Shown here in pieces: positions 1 to 10,186 of a stretch of DNA of 64,000 nucleotides. The DNA comes from Neoconidiobolus thromboides FSU 785 (taxonomy: Eukaryota > Fungi > Entomophthoromycota). The stretch spans positions 1 to 64,000 of the forward strand of contig MU626339.1 in assembly GCA_025603075.1 (NCBI GenBank), given 5' to 3'. Position numbers and translations under genes: made by a program. How positions within the stretch are numbered: position 1 is the stretch's first letter; every line of letters begins with the position of its first letter. The notes beneath the pieces were generated by a model that was not told where the DNA came from, did no database searches, and saw nothing but the letters and a program-made list of their open reading frames with translations.

Positions 1-1
1 C

Positions 2-337
2 GGAATCCATCGTAGAGCTGTACCATCTTATCCACAATCTGCTCAATCTGGTATCCATCGTCGTTGTGATGGCTTTGGTGGATGGGGAGGATGTGACGGT
101 TTTGGTGGATGGGGTGGATGTGATGGTTTTGGTGGATGGGGTGGATGGGGAGGATGTGGTGGATGTGGTTTTTTCCCATTCATTGTACAAGACTTTAATG
201 CAGTTGATGCTAACAACTTCTGTGTTAGTGATTTCAACCGTAACACCGAAGCAGCTGTATTCTGTGATAATATCAATGATTTCAATTTATTCGATAATAA
301 CTTTAATGCAGTTAACGAAAACCTTATCATTGCTTAA
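2..337 (+). CDS. 5'-truncated secreted Gly-rich precursor, paralog 1 (HRR Kex2-like sites; (CDGFGGWGG)x3; Asn/Asp/Phe-rich tail)
   Basis: Frame starting at nt 2 (not in the ORF track) reads GIHRR-AVPSYPQSAQSGIHRR-CDGFGGWGGCDGFGGWGGCDGFGGWGGWGGCGGCG-FFPFIVQDFNAVDANNFCVSDFNRNTEAAVFCDNINDFNLFDNNFNAVNENLIIA-TAA(335-337). Shares AQSGIHRR with 3149..3436. Confidence 0.85.
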   Translation, partial: GIHRRAVPSYPQSAQSGIHRRCDGFGGWGGCDGFGGWGGCDGFGGWGGWGGCGGCGFFPFIVQDFNAVDANNFCVSDFNRNTEAAVFCDNINDFNLFDNNFNAVNENLIIA

Positions 338-645
338 GGGATATAGTTGTTTGAATTATTTTTAGTATAGCTTAATTGACTTAGGTTATATTTCATTCAA
401 TAAAATGAGTTTGACAGTAGTTTTATCATTTTAAGTTTTATCTTTTCCAGTTTATACTTTATAGATTAGTATAGTAAACTTAAGGCTTAAATGTTAAGAT
501 TATTTACTTTTATAGTATATAATTTAATCCAAAAGTAAGATGTTTACTACGAAAATCAATATATTAAGCTTGTATTTGTATAACTTCAACTAAGGAGTTT
601 AATCCCAGATTTCTGGATTTATAGTTTCTCATAAATATAAAATAT

Positions 646-742
646 GGGGATGTATTTTTGTGTTTAAGAATTTTAGTAATAATTTTTCCATCCAAATAGT
701 GCTTAAAAGGTGGAAAAATAATGAAGCTAAAAAAACATCCTC
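646..742 (+). mobile_element. MITE copy 1
   Basis: GGGGATGTATTTTTG...AAAAAAACATCCTC; perfect ATAT/ATAT flanks. Confidence 0.9.
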
Positions 743-1437
743 ATATGCTACATTATTCAAAATAAATGATTTTTAACCTATTCGATAAGTTTTTATCCAT
801 ATTGACTATTAATCTTTTTTAAATTTTAATGTTAACACTAACATACTAGATATAGATTTCATATATAATTCTTTATTTTTCTGATATCAATATTTAAAAA
901 CTAATTTAATAAATGGTGAGTTACATTTTGAAGCTTTGATATTATTATTTTCTTTTAACTTACCAAAAATTTTATCAGAAAAAAGCTACAAATTAACTAT
1001 TATTCAAATAATAACACTCTGGTTCCTAGATAGTAAATAAGTCAATAATACAGTATAGAAGGCTTTTAAAACTATGATAACAAAGTGAAATGTATAAGAT
1101 CTTAAAAAATTCAACCAAAAGTTGAAATCATCTTTATCGTATAGTTTTATTCCTATTTAACCTCCAACATCAAATACAGCTGAACTAAAATTGTCATAAT
1201 AATGCCTATGAATAATAAAATCATTTTATTTATTTAAAAATAATGATATGAGGTGCTGTCTTATCAACAGTACTATTAAATATTTATTTGGCGTTTATCA
1301 TTATTGTTAAAAGATGGTAATAAGATAAATCGTTTTTATAAAGGGTATAAAACCAACGGAAATTCATTGAAAAAATAGTATCAAATATTTGACTGTTTAT
1401 TGGCTAAACAACTTTCAATACTTTTAAACTATAAAAA

Positions 1438-1718
1438 ATGGTTTTCAATACTTTAGTTTCTTTGTCCCTTTTGGTTGCTACTTTGCTGCCCCACCTTAGC
1501 AACCTCCTCAAGTTCAATCTGATATCCATCGTAGAGCTTTACCAGCTTATCCAAAAATGGCTCGACCTAGAATTCATCATCATTATTATGGTGGTTTCGA
1601 TGGCTTGAGTGGTCTTAGTGAATGGGGTGGCCCTAGAGACTATGGAAGGTATAGCCTTAGCGGTTGTGGTTTGGAGGTTATGAGGTTTATTAACCCATTA
1701 CTCAAAATTTACAACTAA
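1438..1718 (+). pseudogene. Disrupted paralog 2 of the secreted HRR precursor family
   Basis: ATG GTT TTC AAT ACT TTA GTT TCT... matches paralog 3. A 4-nt deletion in the signal peptide (gctactttgct vs gctactgcttttgct) is followed by an in-frame TAG. Restored frame reads QPPQVQSDIHRRALPAYPKMARPRIHHHYYGGFDGLSGLSEWGG. About 60 nt of upstream sequence is shared with paralog 3. Confidence 0.85.
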
Positions 1719-2145
1719 TTTCGGTAGCTTTTTTTATTTAATAAATTTGGTTTGTTAGCTATAATTTTTGAAAACTTTGCAAATTTATATTTGTATTTTT
1801 GTTTATTCGTATTATTTGATTTATAAAAAATAAAATAGAAGTTGTGTTATTCTTGCAACATAAAATTTAAATGATCTAAGGAATTAAATTTTATTTATTA
1901 TGTTTTTTATAATATTTTTGATTTTGGAATCAAATATTTTAATTTTAATAGTTATAAAATAGTTTTTAAAAATACGGTTAGATTTTTCAACAGTTGATTA
2001 ATAATTTAAATTAATTATTCTATCTTTGGTAAATTTCTACTATCCATTACTATTTACTATTGTCTATTACTATTTTTTAATTTTTATGTTAATAAACTAA
2101 ATTACGAAATCTATCTATACTCTACTGAATTTACTTTTATTAAAT

Positions 2146-2244
2146 GGGGATGTATTTTTATGTTTAAGAATTTTACTAACAATCTTTCCACTCAGATAGT
2201 ACTTAAAAAATAGAAAAAATAATGTAAACCGAAAAAGCACCCCC
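2146..2244 (+). mobile_element. MITE copy 2
   Basis: Full-length match to the family; flanks AAAT/TTAT do not match. Confidence 0.85.
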
Positions 2245-3148
2245 TTATGCTTGAAGTTGAAATTTTGAGTAGGAAACGATGGATTAAAATACTGTAAATT
2301 TAATAAATGTTGAACAGTATTATTTTGTACAAGTAGGCACTTGACCTTCATTTTTCTTTTCCTTGTTCTCTCTGTTGCTTCTACAAAAAAACTACATATC
2401 AAAAGCTGTCCTTTATCTTATACCTCAAATCTTCTAATGTTAAACATTTACCTGCACTCTTCTTAACTTTGTCTTTTTGTCTAGTAGACTTGAATTGGCT
2501 TTTTTATTCTTGAGACCTACCTATTCTTAATTTATATATCTATAATTTCTTTATCTCTTTTGTGTAGTGAAATGTAACAATACCATCAATCAGTCAAAAG
2601 AAAATTGATCTCAAACATCAATATAGCAAATAAATTGACTATAATTGGATAAATTTTAGAAATATTGTAATATATTAACCATATTACCAGAAGCGTGCTT
2701 TATCTCTATTTTATCTAAGGGTTTACTTTTATTGTAGCTTCTAATAATAAATCTATCTGTATTTGATTTTATCATAATTCAAATATGTATGTAAAGATAA
2801 TTCGATTACTTACAAGTAGCCAAAGAAAATAGGTTTATTTATATTTTAAAGTGTTTACTATAGCATATAAGGGATTGTTAGAATATGATTTTAATGCAAC
2901 ATTAATATGGATTTGTAGCATTTACCCTTATTTTTCATAAACCATCAATTCAAAAGATAGACAACTTCCTAATTTATCACCTTAAAAGCTTCATTAATCG
3001 GCAATTAAACTGATAAATGACCAATCTAAATAATCATCTCACTCTTTAAAACTCATATAAAACCCTACTAAAATCCTCCCTAAAAATCATATTAAATATT
3101 TGACTGTTTATTGACTAAACATTTATCCAACACTTTCAAACTATAAAA

Positions 3149-3436
3149 ATGATTTTCAACACCTTAGTTTCCTTATCTCTTTTAGCTACTGCTTTTGCTG
3201 CTCCACCTCAACGTCCTTCTCAAGCTCAATCTGGTATCCATCGTAGAGCTATCCCTATAAATCCTCGAAATCCTTCCCAAGCTCAATCTGGTATTCATCG
3301 TCGCTGTGAAGGGCATAGTGGTTGTGGTGGCCATGGAGGTTGCGGTGGCCATGGAGGTTGTGGAGGGCATGGCGGATGCAGTGGATGTGGGAACCATGGA
3401 AACTGTGGAGGACATGGCGGCTGTGGAGGTTGTTAA
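3149..3436 (+). CDS. Secreted Gly/Cys/His-rich precursor, paralog 3 ((CGGHGG)n mature peptide)
   Basis: Hydrophobic signal peptide, two SQAQSGIHRR units, then 43 aa containing 9 Cys and 6 His. Confidence 0.9.
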   Translation: MIFNTLVSLSLLATAFAAPPQRPSQAQSGIHRRAIPINPRNPSQAQSGIHRRCEGHSGCGGHGGCGGHGGCGGHGGCSGCGNHGNCGGHGGCGGC

Positions 3437-5398
3437 TAACATGAAATCTGTATTCTATGCCATTATTGTTATATTTAAGTATAAAATTAATTGTATCAAG
3501 TTATATGAAATTTATATTATAAATAAAATAAACCATTCAGATAATAAATTAGAATTTTTATTGAGTTATAGACTTATATGACTATCTATTATATTCTTTT
3601 TTCAATATTTAAATACTACTTTTATAGGATTATACTGTTACATCCTTTGAAATCTCTTTTTCAGATAAATCTCCTTCTTTAGATGTTATTTATCATCTAC
3701 TGGATGGCCTTAGCTGTTCTTTGATTAAATTTTGTCTGACCTTTGAAAGCCAGTCCTTATTTTATAATTATCTCTTGAAGTAAGATCAACTAATATTATT
3801 TTTCAAATAGATAGATAAATAAAATATCAAGCTAAATAGAAGAGTATAATGTTTTTTATATTAAAGTTAATTCAAATTGATGTTTTTTAATTTACTATCA
3901 ATAGATATAAAATATTTAAGAGTTAATAGCGTTTTGAGGTTTTTTATAAAGGCAAATAGCCAAATGAGTCAAATAATACAATCATTGAATTATAAAATAA
4001 AATCTTACAAATTTGTATATTATAATTTATTAATAATTTAATTCATTATAAACAAAAACAGTACAAAACAAAATTTTCAAATAATAGTATTCTATCACCT
4101 ACTATTTTCTATTAGTAATAATGATAAAATAGTGTCAACTTTAAATTTTAATATGAGCATATATGAAATAATGTTCTTACTATTGATATCTAAATATAAA
4201 GAAGTCACATTACTCAATCTCAATTTTAAAAACTTTAACCAATCGAAAACTCAACCACAGAATACTAATACTTATGTACTAACTTCAACAACTTTTACTA
4301 TCCGATTTTCATTAGTAATTTAAAATATAAAAGATAAATAGCCCATTTTCAAGAATTAAAGTTTGGAAAACAAAGTTAATTTTAACTAAACTCCGGTATT
4401 AAAAAAACTGCCATTGCAATTAGTAACTATAGTTATACTATATTAACTTTAAAAGAATTCTAAATTTTCTAATTCTAGAATAAAAACTATTTAGAGGAAC
4501 TCAAGTTTGGAAATTCAATTTTCGAAAAGTTCATCAACTATAAATCTATTTTAAAACCCTCAACCCCAATATAGTGCCAAGAGAAGCTATAAGATAAAAA
4601 TAAATTGAAAATTGGCAAGAGATAGTTAAGTAAATGCAGGGTATATCGACTAGTTTTTAATTACTACTATAAGCTTAATTGTCGGTTTTTTGCATTACCA
4701 GTTGAAATTTTGTAATATCCAAAAATAAATAATCATTAATTAGTACATAGCTTTAATAAGAAAATAAAAGCTCAATAAATTCAATAAATTAAAAAAAATT
4801 AAAAAGTAAAATGAAGAATGGTGATGTCATTTTCAAAGAAGAAGCACTATTCATTAAAAAATAGTCATTAACAATTACATAATATCGGTATTATTCAATA
4901 ATTAGTAATATTAGGAAGATTGTTAGAGTAACGATTATTGCAATTTTATTATAATCATTATTAGTATCAATTTTAATTGATATTTGAATCTCATAATTGG
5001 TATATCAAGCCTTTGCTTGTATAGAACTCAGAGAGGATTGATTGTTAGTTTAAATTCTCAGTTAATTTATCCGTGTCAATTAGCTGTATTGACCAATGAT
5101 GTTAAGGCAGTCGATGTTTTAAATGAAGTCTAATGAATTTTCTATGGGCTTGAATTTGAACTAAAATCTCAAGCATCTATTATTGTCCAATCAATAAAAA
5201 AGCGGAATAATTTTAATTTTGTTATAAAAATAGCTTAAAATTTTAAAACCCTTGGCAAATTGAGTCAAGAATTGAAGATTAAATTGGGTGCTTAATAAAT
5301 CAACTTGAAACTATAAATAACTATCGATTTTCTCCTTTTTATAAATTATTATTTTATATTTTATACTTAACTAAAAAAACAATAAAAATACTACAAAA

Positions 5399-6133
5399 AT
5401 GTTAGGTACATTCAACTTTCATAAAATCACTTTATTCCATTGGATTTGGTTATTTTCCACTTTCGTGACTGTTTATGCTCAAGATGTTACCAACCCAAGC
5501 ACTCCTAGCGCTGGTATTTCCGTTGGTCAAATCATCGGAGGAGTTATCTTTATTATTGTTGGTCTTATTTTCACTTTTGCTGGTAATCGTATTCTCAAAT
5601 TCATTATCTTTTTAGCAGGTGGTGCCTTGCTTGCTTATCTTACTTTCCTTGCTGCTAATGCTATTGTTGACTTTAATACTGCTACTGATGGTCAAAAGAT
5701 AGGTATTTATGTAGCTATGGGAGTATTAGGATTATTAGGTGGTTTCTTAGCAGTTTGTATATGGCAATTAGGACTTGCTTTGTTGGGTGGTTGCTTAGGT
5801 GCTTCTATTGGTTTGTTAATCAATAGAACTAATGTCATCCCAGGCAAAACTGGACAAATTATCCTTGTGGTTGTATTAGCTATTGTATTTGCTATTTTGA
5901 CCTTTATATTTAGAAATGTATTGGTTATCATTGCCACTGCTGTATTTGGTGCTACTACCTTTATGATGGGTGTTGATTATTTTGCTAAAACTGGATTTAA
6001 TACTTTATTCCAAAATATTGGTCAAGGTCCTGCTCCTACTCCAGATGCTAAGATTTGGGCTATGATTGGATCAACTATTGTCATTGCTATTATTGGTATT
6101 TTGGTACAATTTAAAACTAAGAAATCCAGCTAG
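5399..6133 (+). CDS. Multi-pass membrane protein, DUF4203 (TM7S3/TMEM198-like)
   Basis: Signal-like N-terminus, then ~6-7 Gly-rich TM segments with family-like motifs (G.RILKFIIFLAG; TAVFGA..FMMGVDYFAKTG). Confidence 0.75.
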   Translation: MLGTFNFHKITLFHWIWLFSTFVTVYAQDVTNPSTPSAGISVGQIIGGVIFIIVGLIFTFAGNRILKFIIFLAGGALLAYLTFLAANAIVDFNTATDGQKIGIYVAMGVLGLLGGFLAVCIWQLGLALLGGCLGASIGLLINRTNVIPGKTGQIILVVVLAIVFAILTFIFRNVLVIIATAVFGATTFMMGVDYFAKTGFNTLFQNIGQGPAPTPDAKIWAMIGSTIVIAIIGILVQFKTKKSS

Positions 6134-6200
6134 ATGAACATTGTTATTTAAATTTATATTAATTGTAAATAAAATTTAATTTTTATACTATAAAATATAT

Positions 6201-6296
6201 GGGGGTGTTTTTTTATTTCATCATTTTTTCCATTTTTTAAGCGCTATTTGAGTAGAAAAACTATTAGTAAAATTCTTAAACGAAAAGTACATCCCC
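6201..6296 (-). mobile_element. MITE copy 3
   Basis: Reverse orientation; flanks ATAT/ATGT. Lies between the convergent stop codons at 6133 and 6362. Confidence 0.9.
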
Positions 6297-6361
6297 ATGT
6301 TATGTTTTTATTGTTTTTATTGTTTTTATTATAGTAAATCAAAAATAACTTTATGAACTTA

Positions 6362-7504
6362 TTAGTCTTCACCACCGCTAGAAAAAGCATCAGCAGAAGG
6401 GCTAGCTGGCCCAGCAATACCGGGGGAAGTAGGTACAGCAGCTTGAATGTTTTGTTTATTTTTATTAAAATGTTCCATAGTAGGTGGAGGTTTACTAGTG
6501 ATTGCTTTAATTTCTTGTTTTAATAATTGACAATACTCTTCTAAAGGTAAATCATTATCATCATAGCCAAATGGATTTTCAATTTCCTCACCAATATTAA
6601 TAATACCAAATGAAGTAAATACAACTATCAATACAATTGGAATAATTAACATATCTTTAAATTGTTGTTCATTAACTCCAACTATATAAAATTTACCAAT
6701 TAATTGAAATGGTAAGGTTAGACAAAATAACCAAGTAATTTGAGATAAATGTACTGAATAAGCTGTAGGGATTGGGGTTCTTAAGATACGTTCAAATCCG
6801 GATAAAGAATCGATTAATGAATTAATATTAGCTATCATAACACTATTAACTGGAGGAGCTAATTGATTTTTACCAGCATATTCAGCAATAAAAGTCGATA
6901 TACAAAACGCAATTTCAATAGGTAAATTGGTAGAACTTACTTCTTCTTCATTTTTTTGAATCATTTCTAATTCATTATTAGGATCATTAATTTTATCAGG
7001 TAAATCAATAACAATAGGCTCTAAAGAAGAAGGTACTGAATATCTTGGTAAATGAGCAATTAAATGTTTTAAATCATTAAATTCTGTACCATATTCACTA
7101 CGTAAATAATGTTTGATAGCTACTGGATAGGCTATTAATAAATCTAATACTTTTTCTTTTGCTACTCGATCTATATTATCTTTTTCTATTACATGGACCC
7201 ATATATTTCTTGTTAGCGCACGAATAGCTACTGTCATTGTAGACCATAATCGACGTCCTTCCCAATACCTATCATAGGCAGTATTCGTTCTAAAGACTAA
7301 CAATAAGGATAAAACTAAAGTAGTTAATGTGGATAGAGAATCCTCAATTTTTAAAGAAACTCCCCCATAACGATTAATGAGAACTACAGCGCAAGTCCAG
7401 AGTAAAAAAAAAGCTAATTTTGGCAAAACATGTTTAATAACAGATCCTTTATATTTTAAAGCTGTAAATTTAAAGGCATTATATTTCACTTCCGATTGTG
7501 TCAT
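6362..7504 (-). CDS. Bestrophin-family anion channel
   Basis: Motifs LLVFRTNTAYDRYWEGRRLW, ERILRTPIP.AY..HL and GEEIENPFGYDDNDLPL. Confidence 0.93.
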   Translation of the reverse strand: MTQSEVKYNAFKFTALKYKGSVIKHVLPKLAFFLLWTCAVVLINRYGGVSLKIEDSLSTLTTLVLSLLLVFRTNTAYDRYWEGRRLWSTMTVAIRALTRNIWVHVIEKDNIDRVAKEKVLDLLIAYPVAIKHYLRSEYGTEFNDLKHLIAHLPRYSVPSSLEPIVIDLPDKINDPNNELEMIQKNEEEVSSTNLPIEIAFCISTFIAEYAGKNQLAPPVNSVMIANINSLIDSLSGFERILRTPIPTAYSVHLSQITWLFCLTLPFQLIGKFYIVGVNEQQFKDMLIIPIVLIVVFTSFGIINIGEEIENPFGYDDNDLPLEEYCQLLKQEIKAITSKPPPTMEHFNKNKQNIQAAVPTSPGIAGPASPSADAFSSGGED

Positions 7505-7899
7505 TGTAAGTTAAACTAAAAGAAAAGTTAACAATTTAATTTATTTTTTTTGGGTTTTAAGGGTTTGTTCCTTTACAAATTAAAAGTTCGGTTTATCTAA
7601 TTTATTGGTTTGAGGAGTAACCAATTATGGTTTGTTATTGGTGAGATAATTATATCACTAAAGGCAAAGAATTCTTGTCATCACTATTATATTATAGTAT
7701 AGTATATAGTATGTATTACATATTGTTGTATAGTCAATGTTCTAGCAGCTCCCACCCTCATCAAAATAATTAAATACAACCGATTGGTTGGAAAAAGCCA
7801 TTTTAAATAGCCAATCAAATCTCCCATATCATTTCCATTCACTTGAACCAAAAAATTCCAATTTTTGATTATATTATTTAATTCAACAAATATAACAAA
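7505..7899. promoter_or_regulatory. Putative bidirectional promoter (bestrophin / ICln)
   Basis: 395 nt between divergent ATGs, with CCAAT/ATTGG boxes on both strands (about 7605, 7621, 7784, 7811). Confidence 0.5.
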
Positions 7900-8817
7900 A
7901 TGGTATTAAGTTTACTTAAAAAAGAATTCAACGAAATTGATAATGTCGAATTAAATTCCCAATTAAAATTAAAACAATCGGAGGTTACATTAACTATTGA
8001 ACCAACCCCTGATTTTATTGAATTTAGTGAAGGAACTCTTTATATTAATGAAAGGTAAATTTGATATTTTAATTTAATTTCCATTTCCATTTCTATTCCA
8101 ATTATATTCATCACAATAAAATTATTATAATTTAGTCCACATTCACTAACTAACAACTATTAATTCTTCCATCTTACCTTTTATTTATTAATGTTAACTC
8201 TCTCTCTTCATTATTAGTTTCTTTGGTTTCTACAGCACAGTATCTGAAACTGGATTTAAATTAGACTATCGTAGTTTAGTTTTACATGCATTAACGATGG
8301 ATCCAGAAAGCCATAAACCAATTTTATATTGTCAAATTAATAAATTATTTCAAAGTTTATTGCCTAATGGACACGATACTGGTGATCTAGATGAATTTTC
8401 AGAATTGAAATTTACGTTTCATTCTGTGGGAGATGGTAAGCATTAATACTTTATTTATTTTTGTTTATATGGGAGGAGATAATCAAGGCCTCCAAGAAGG
8501 AAAAAGAAAAAGAAATGGCTTCTATTAATAGCTTAATCAACTAACCACTAGTATTTTTAGCGGAGCCTATTTATATGGCTATTAGCCAATGTCAAGAGCT
8601 GTATCCAGATCAAGATAGCGAAAACGAGCAAGAAACTGATATCAATGAAATGGAATTTAATGGTAGGTATTCTGATGCTGATGCTGATGCGGAAGAGGAT
8701 AATATGGAAGTAAGTAATTTTGGTTTTAATATGATTTTATGACGACTAATGGATTAGTAGAGAGAAGATCCAATGTTAATAGCACTTGAAAAAGAGCTGG
8801 AGAAGCAAAAGGATTAA
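7900..8817 (+). CDS. LOT5: ICln/Lot5 (Voldacs domain) protein, 4 exons
   Basis: Spliced by eye: MVLSLLKKEF...EGTLYINE | GFKLDYRSLVLHALTMDPESHKPILYCQ...ELKFTF | EPIYMAISQCQELYPD + acidic tail. GT-AG introns at about 8055-8218, 8436-8560 and 8710-8760. Confidence 0.82.
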
Positions 8818-10186
8818 ACATAATAATAAAAGAGATGAATTAGTAATAAAAAAGTTACAAAAATCGAAGTAATTTGGATCTACTATTGAATTTTTTATGT
8901 TTTTTTAGTAAATGTTAATCTTTCTAAGAGTGGAATTATTTAGAAGCTAATAAAAGGTGAGTGAAGATTTGGTTGAGTAATTGATGATAAGTGATAATGG
9001 AAGGTGATTAGGTTTTCCTATTAAATAGCATTAGTTAAAAGGAGCAGTTAACTTATTTTTTTAAAGTTACAGTATTAGTAATGCTAGTATGATTTTTAGA
9101 ACTCAATTATTATATAGAAGTTATATATCGATAAATAGAATATTGCAAATCTATAATGAACGAGTGAATAGTTTAGTACCAAATCATACCAATATTTTAT
9201 TGTTGTAGAATAATAGGGCTTAAAATGAATCTATTAATTGTAAATAGAAGAAGTTTAGTGAAGCATATGACTAATAATTTATAGTGAAAGATTGAATTGT
9301 TTGGTATAAAATTATAAAATTCTTATATTGGTAGAATAATAAAGGCTTAAAACGAATATACTTAAAACAAATATACTTAAAACAAATAATATCCATAGGC
9401 TAACTGATTTTTAAAATTTTAATATAATAAAAGAATACTATATTTTTGAGAAAATAATTCAAATACTTTATTTTGATTAATTAGTGGTTAAGCTATATAT
9501 TTTATTTATTTTACTCCAAAATTGGTAAAAAATAATATATAAAGTAAGTATGAACGGAGGGTCCAAATTATTAATATTGAAAAAGTATTGCTTAAATTGA
9601 GTATGTATTAATTGAAAATCGTAGTTATAAATGGGTCTTTTTAAGTCTAATATTTTAGTTTATGAACAACTTGTTTTTTGGAAGAAGTGAAAAGGGTTCG
9701 ATTTTTCTATTTATTTTAATATAAACGGTGATTGAAATTTAATGTAGAATGCAATAGGTTGAACTATATTGTTAAATTGAATAATTGCCATATAACGGAT
9801 AAAGATTAAGTATAATTAAGATTTTTAAATTAATGAATTTAAATAGTTTCTATTTCTCGGTTATTTTTTCTATTGTTTTTGTTGATATTATATTAATAAT
9901 ATAATAATATCAGTCTAATTAACTTCGCTTCTATTGAGAAACAAATTTTGTTCAAAAAATCAAGTCACACTAATTTGACAGAATTTTAAAAAAAAAGCTG
10001 ATGCATAAAGTAAAGTTGATAGTATTTAAATTAGATAAATTCAAACCGCAGTCTTCAATCTTCTTTTTTAATTAGTTTAAAATTAAAAAATTTTAATCTA
10101 GTTTTTAAAATTCAATTCTTTTTTATCAACAATCATAACTACATAAAATCATTACATCGGCTATTATAACTTATTAAAACCCAAAT

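Noticed and set aside
43-365. His/Pro-rich ORF 43..330 (-) and Val/Asp-rich ORF 66..365 (+); likewise 3182..3442 (-) and 3306..3581 (+)
   Set aside because: Antisense or off-frame shadows of the Gly-repeat coding frames.
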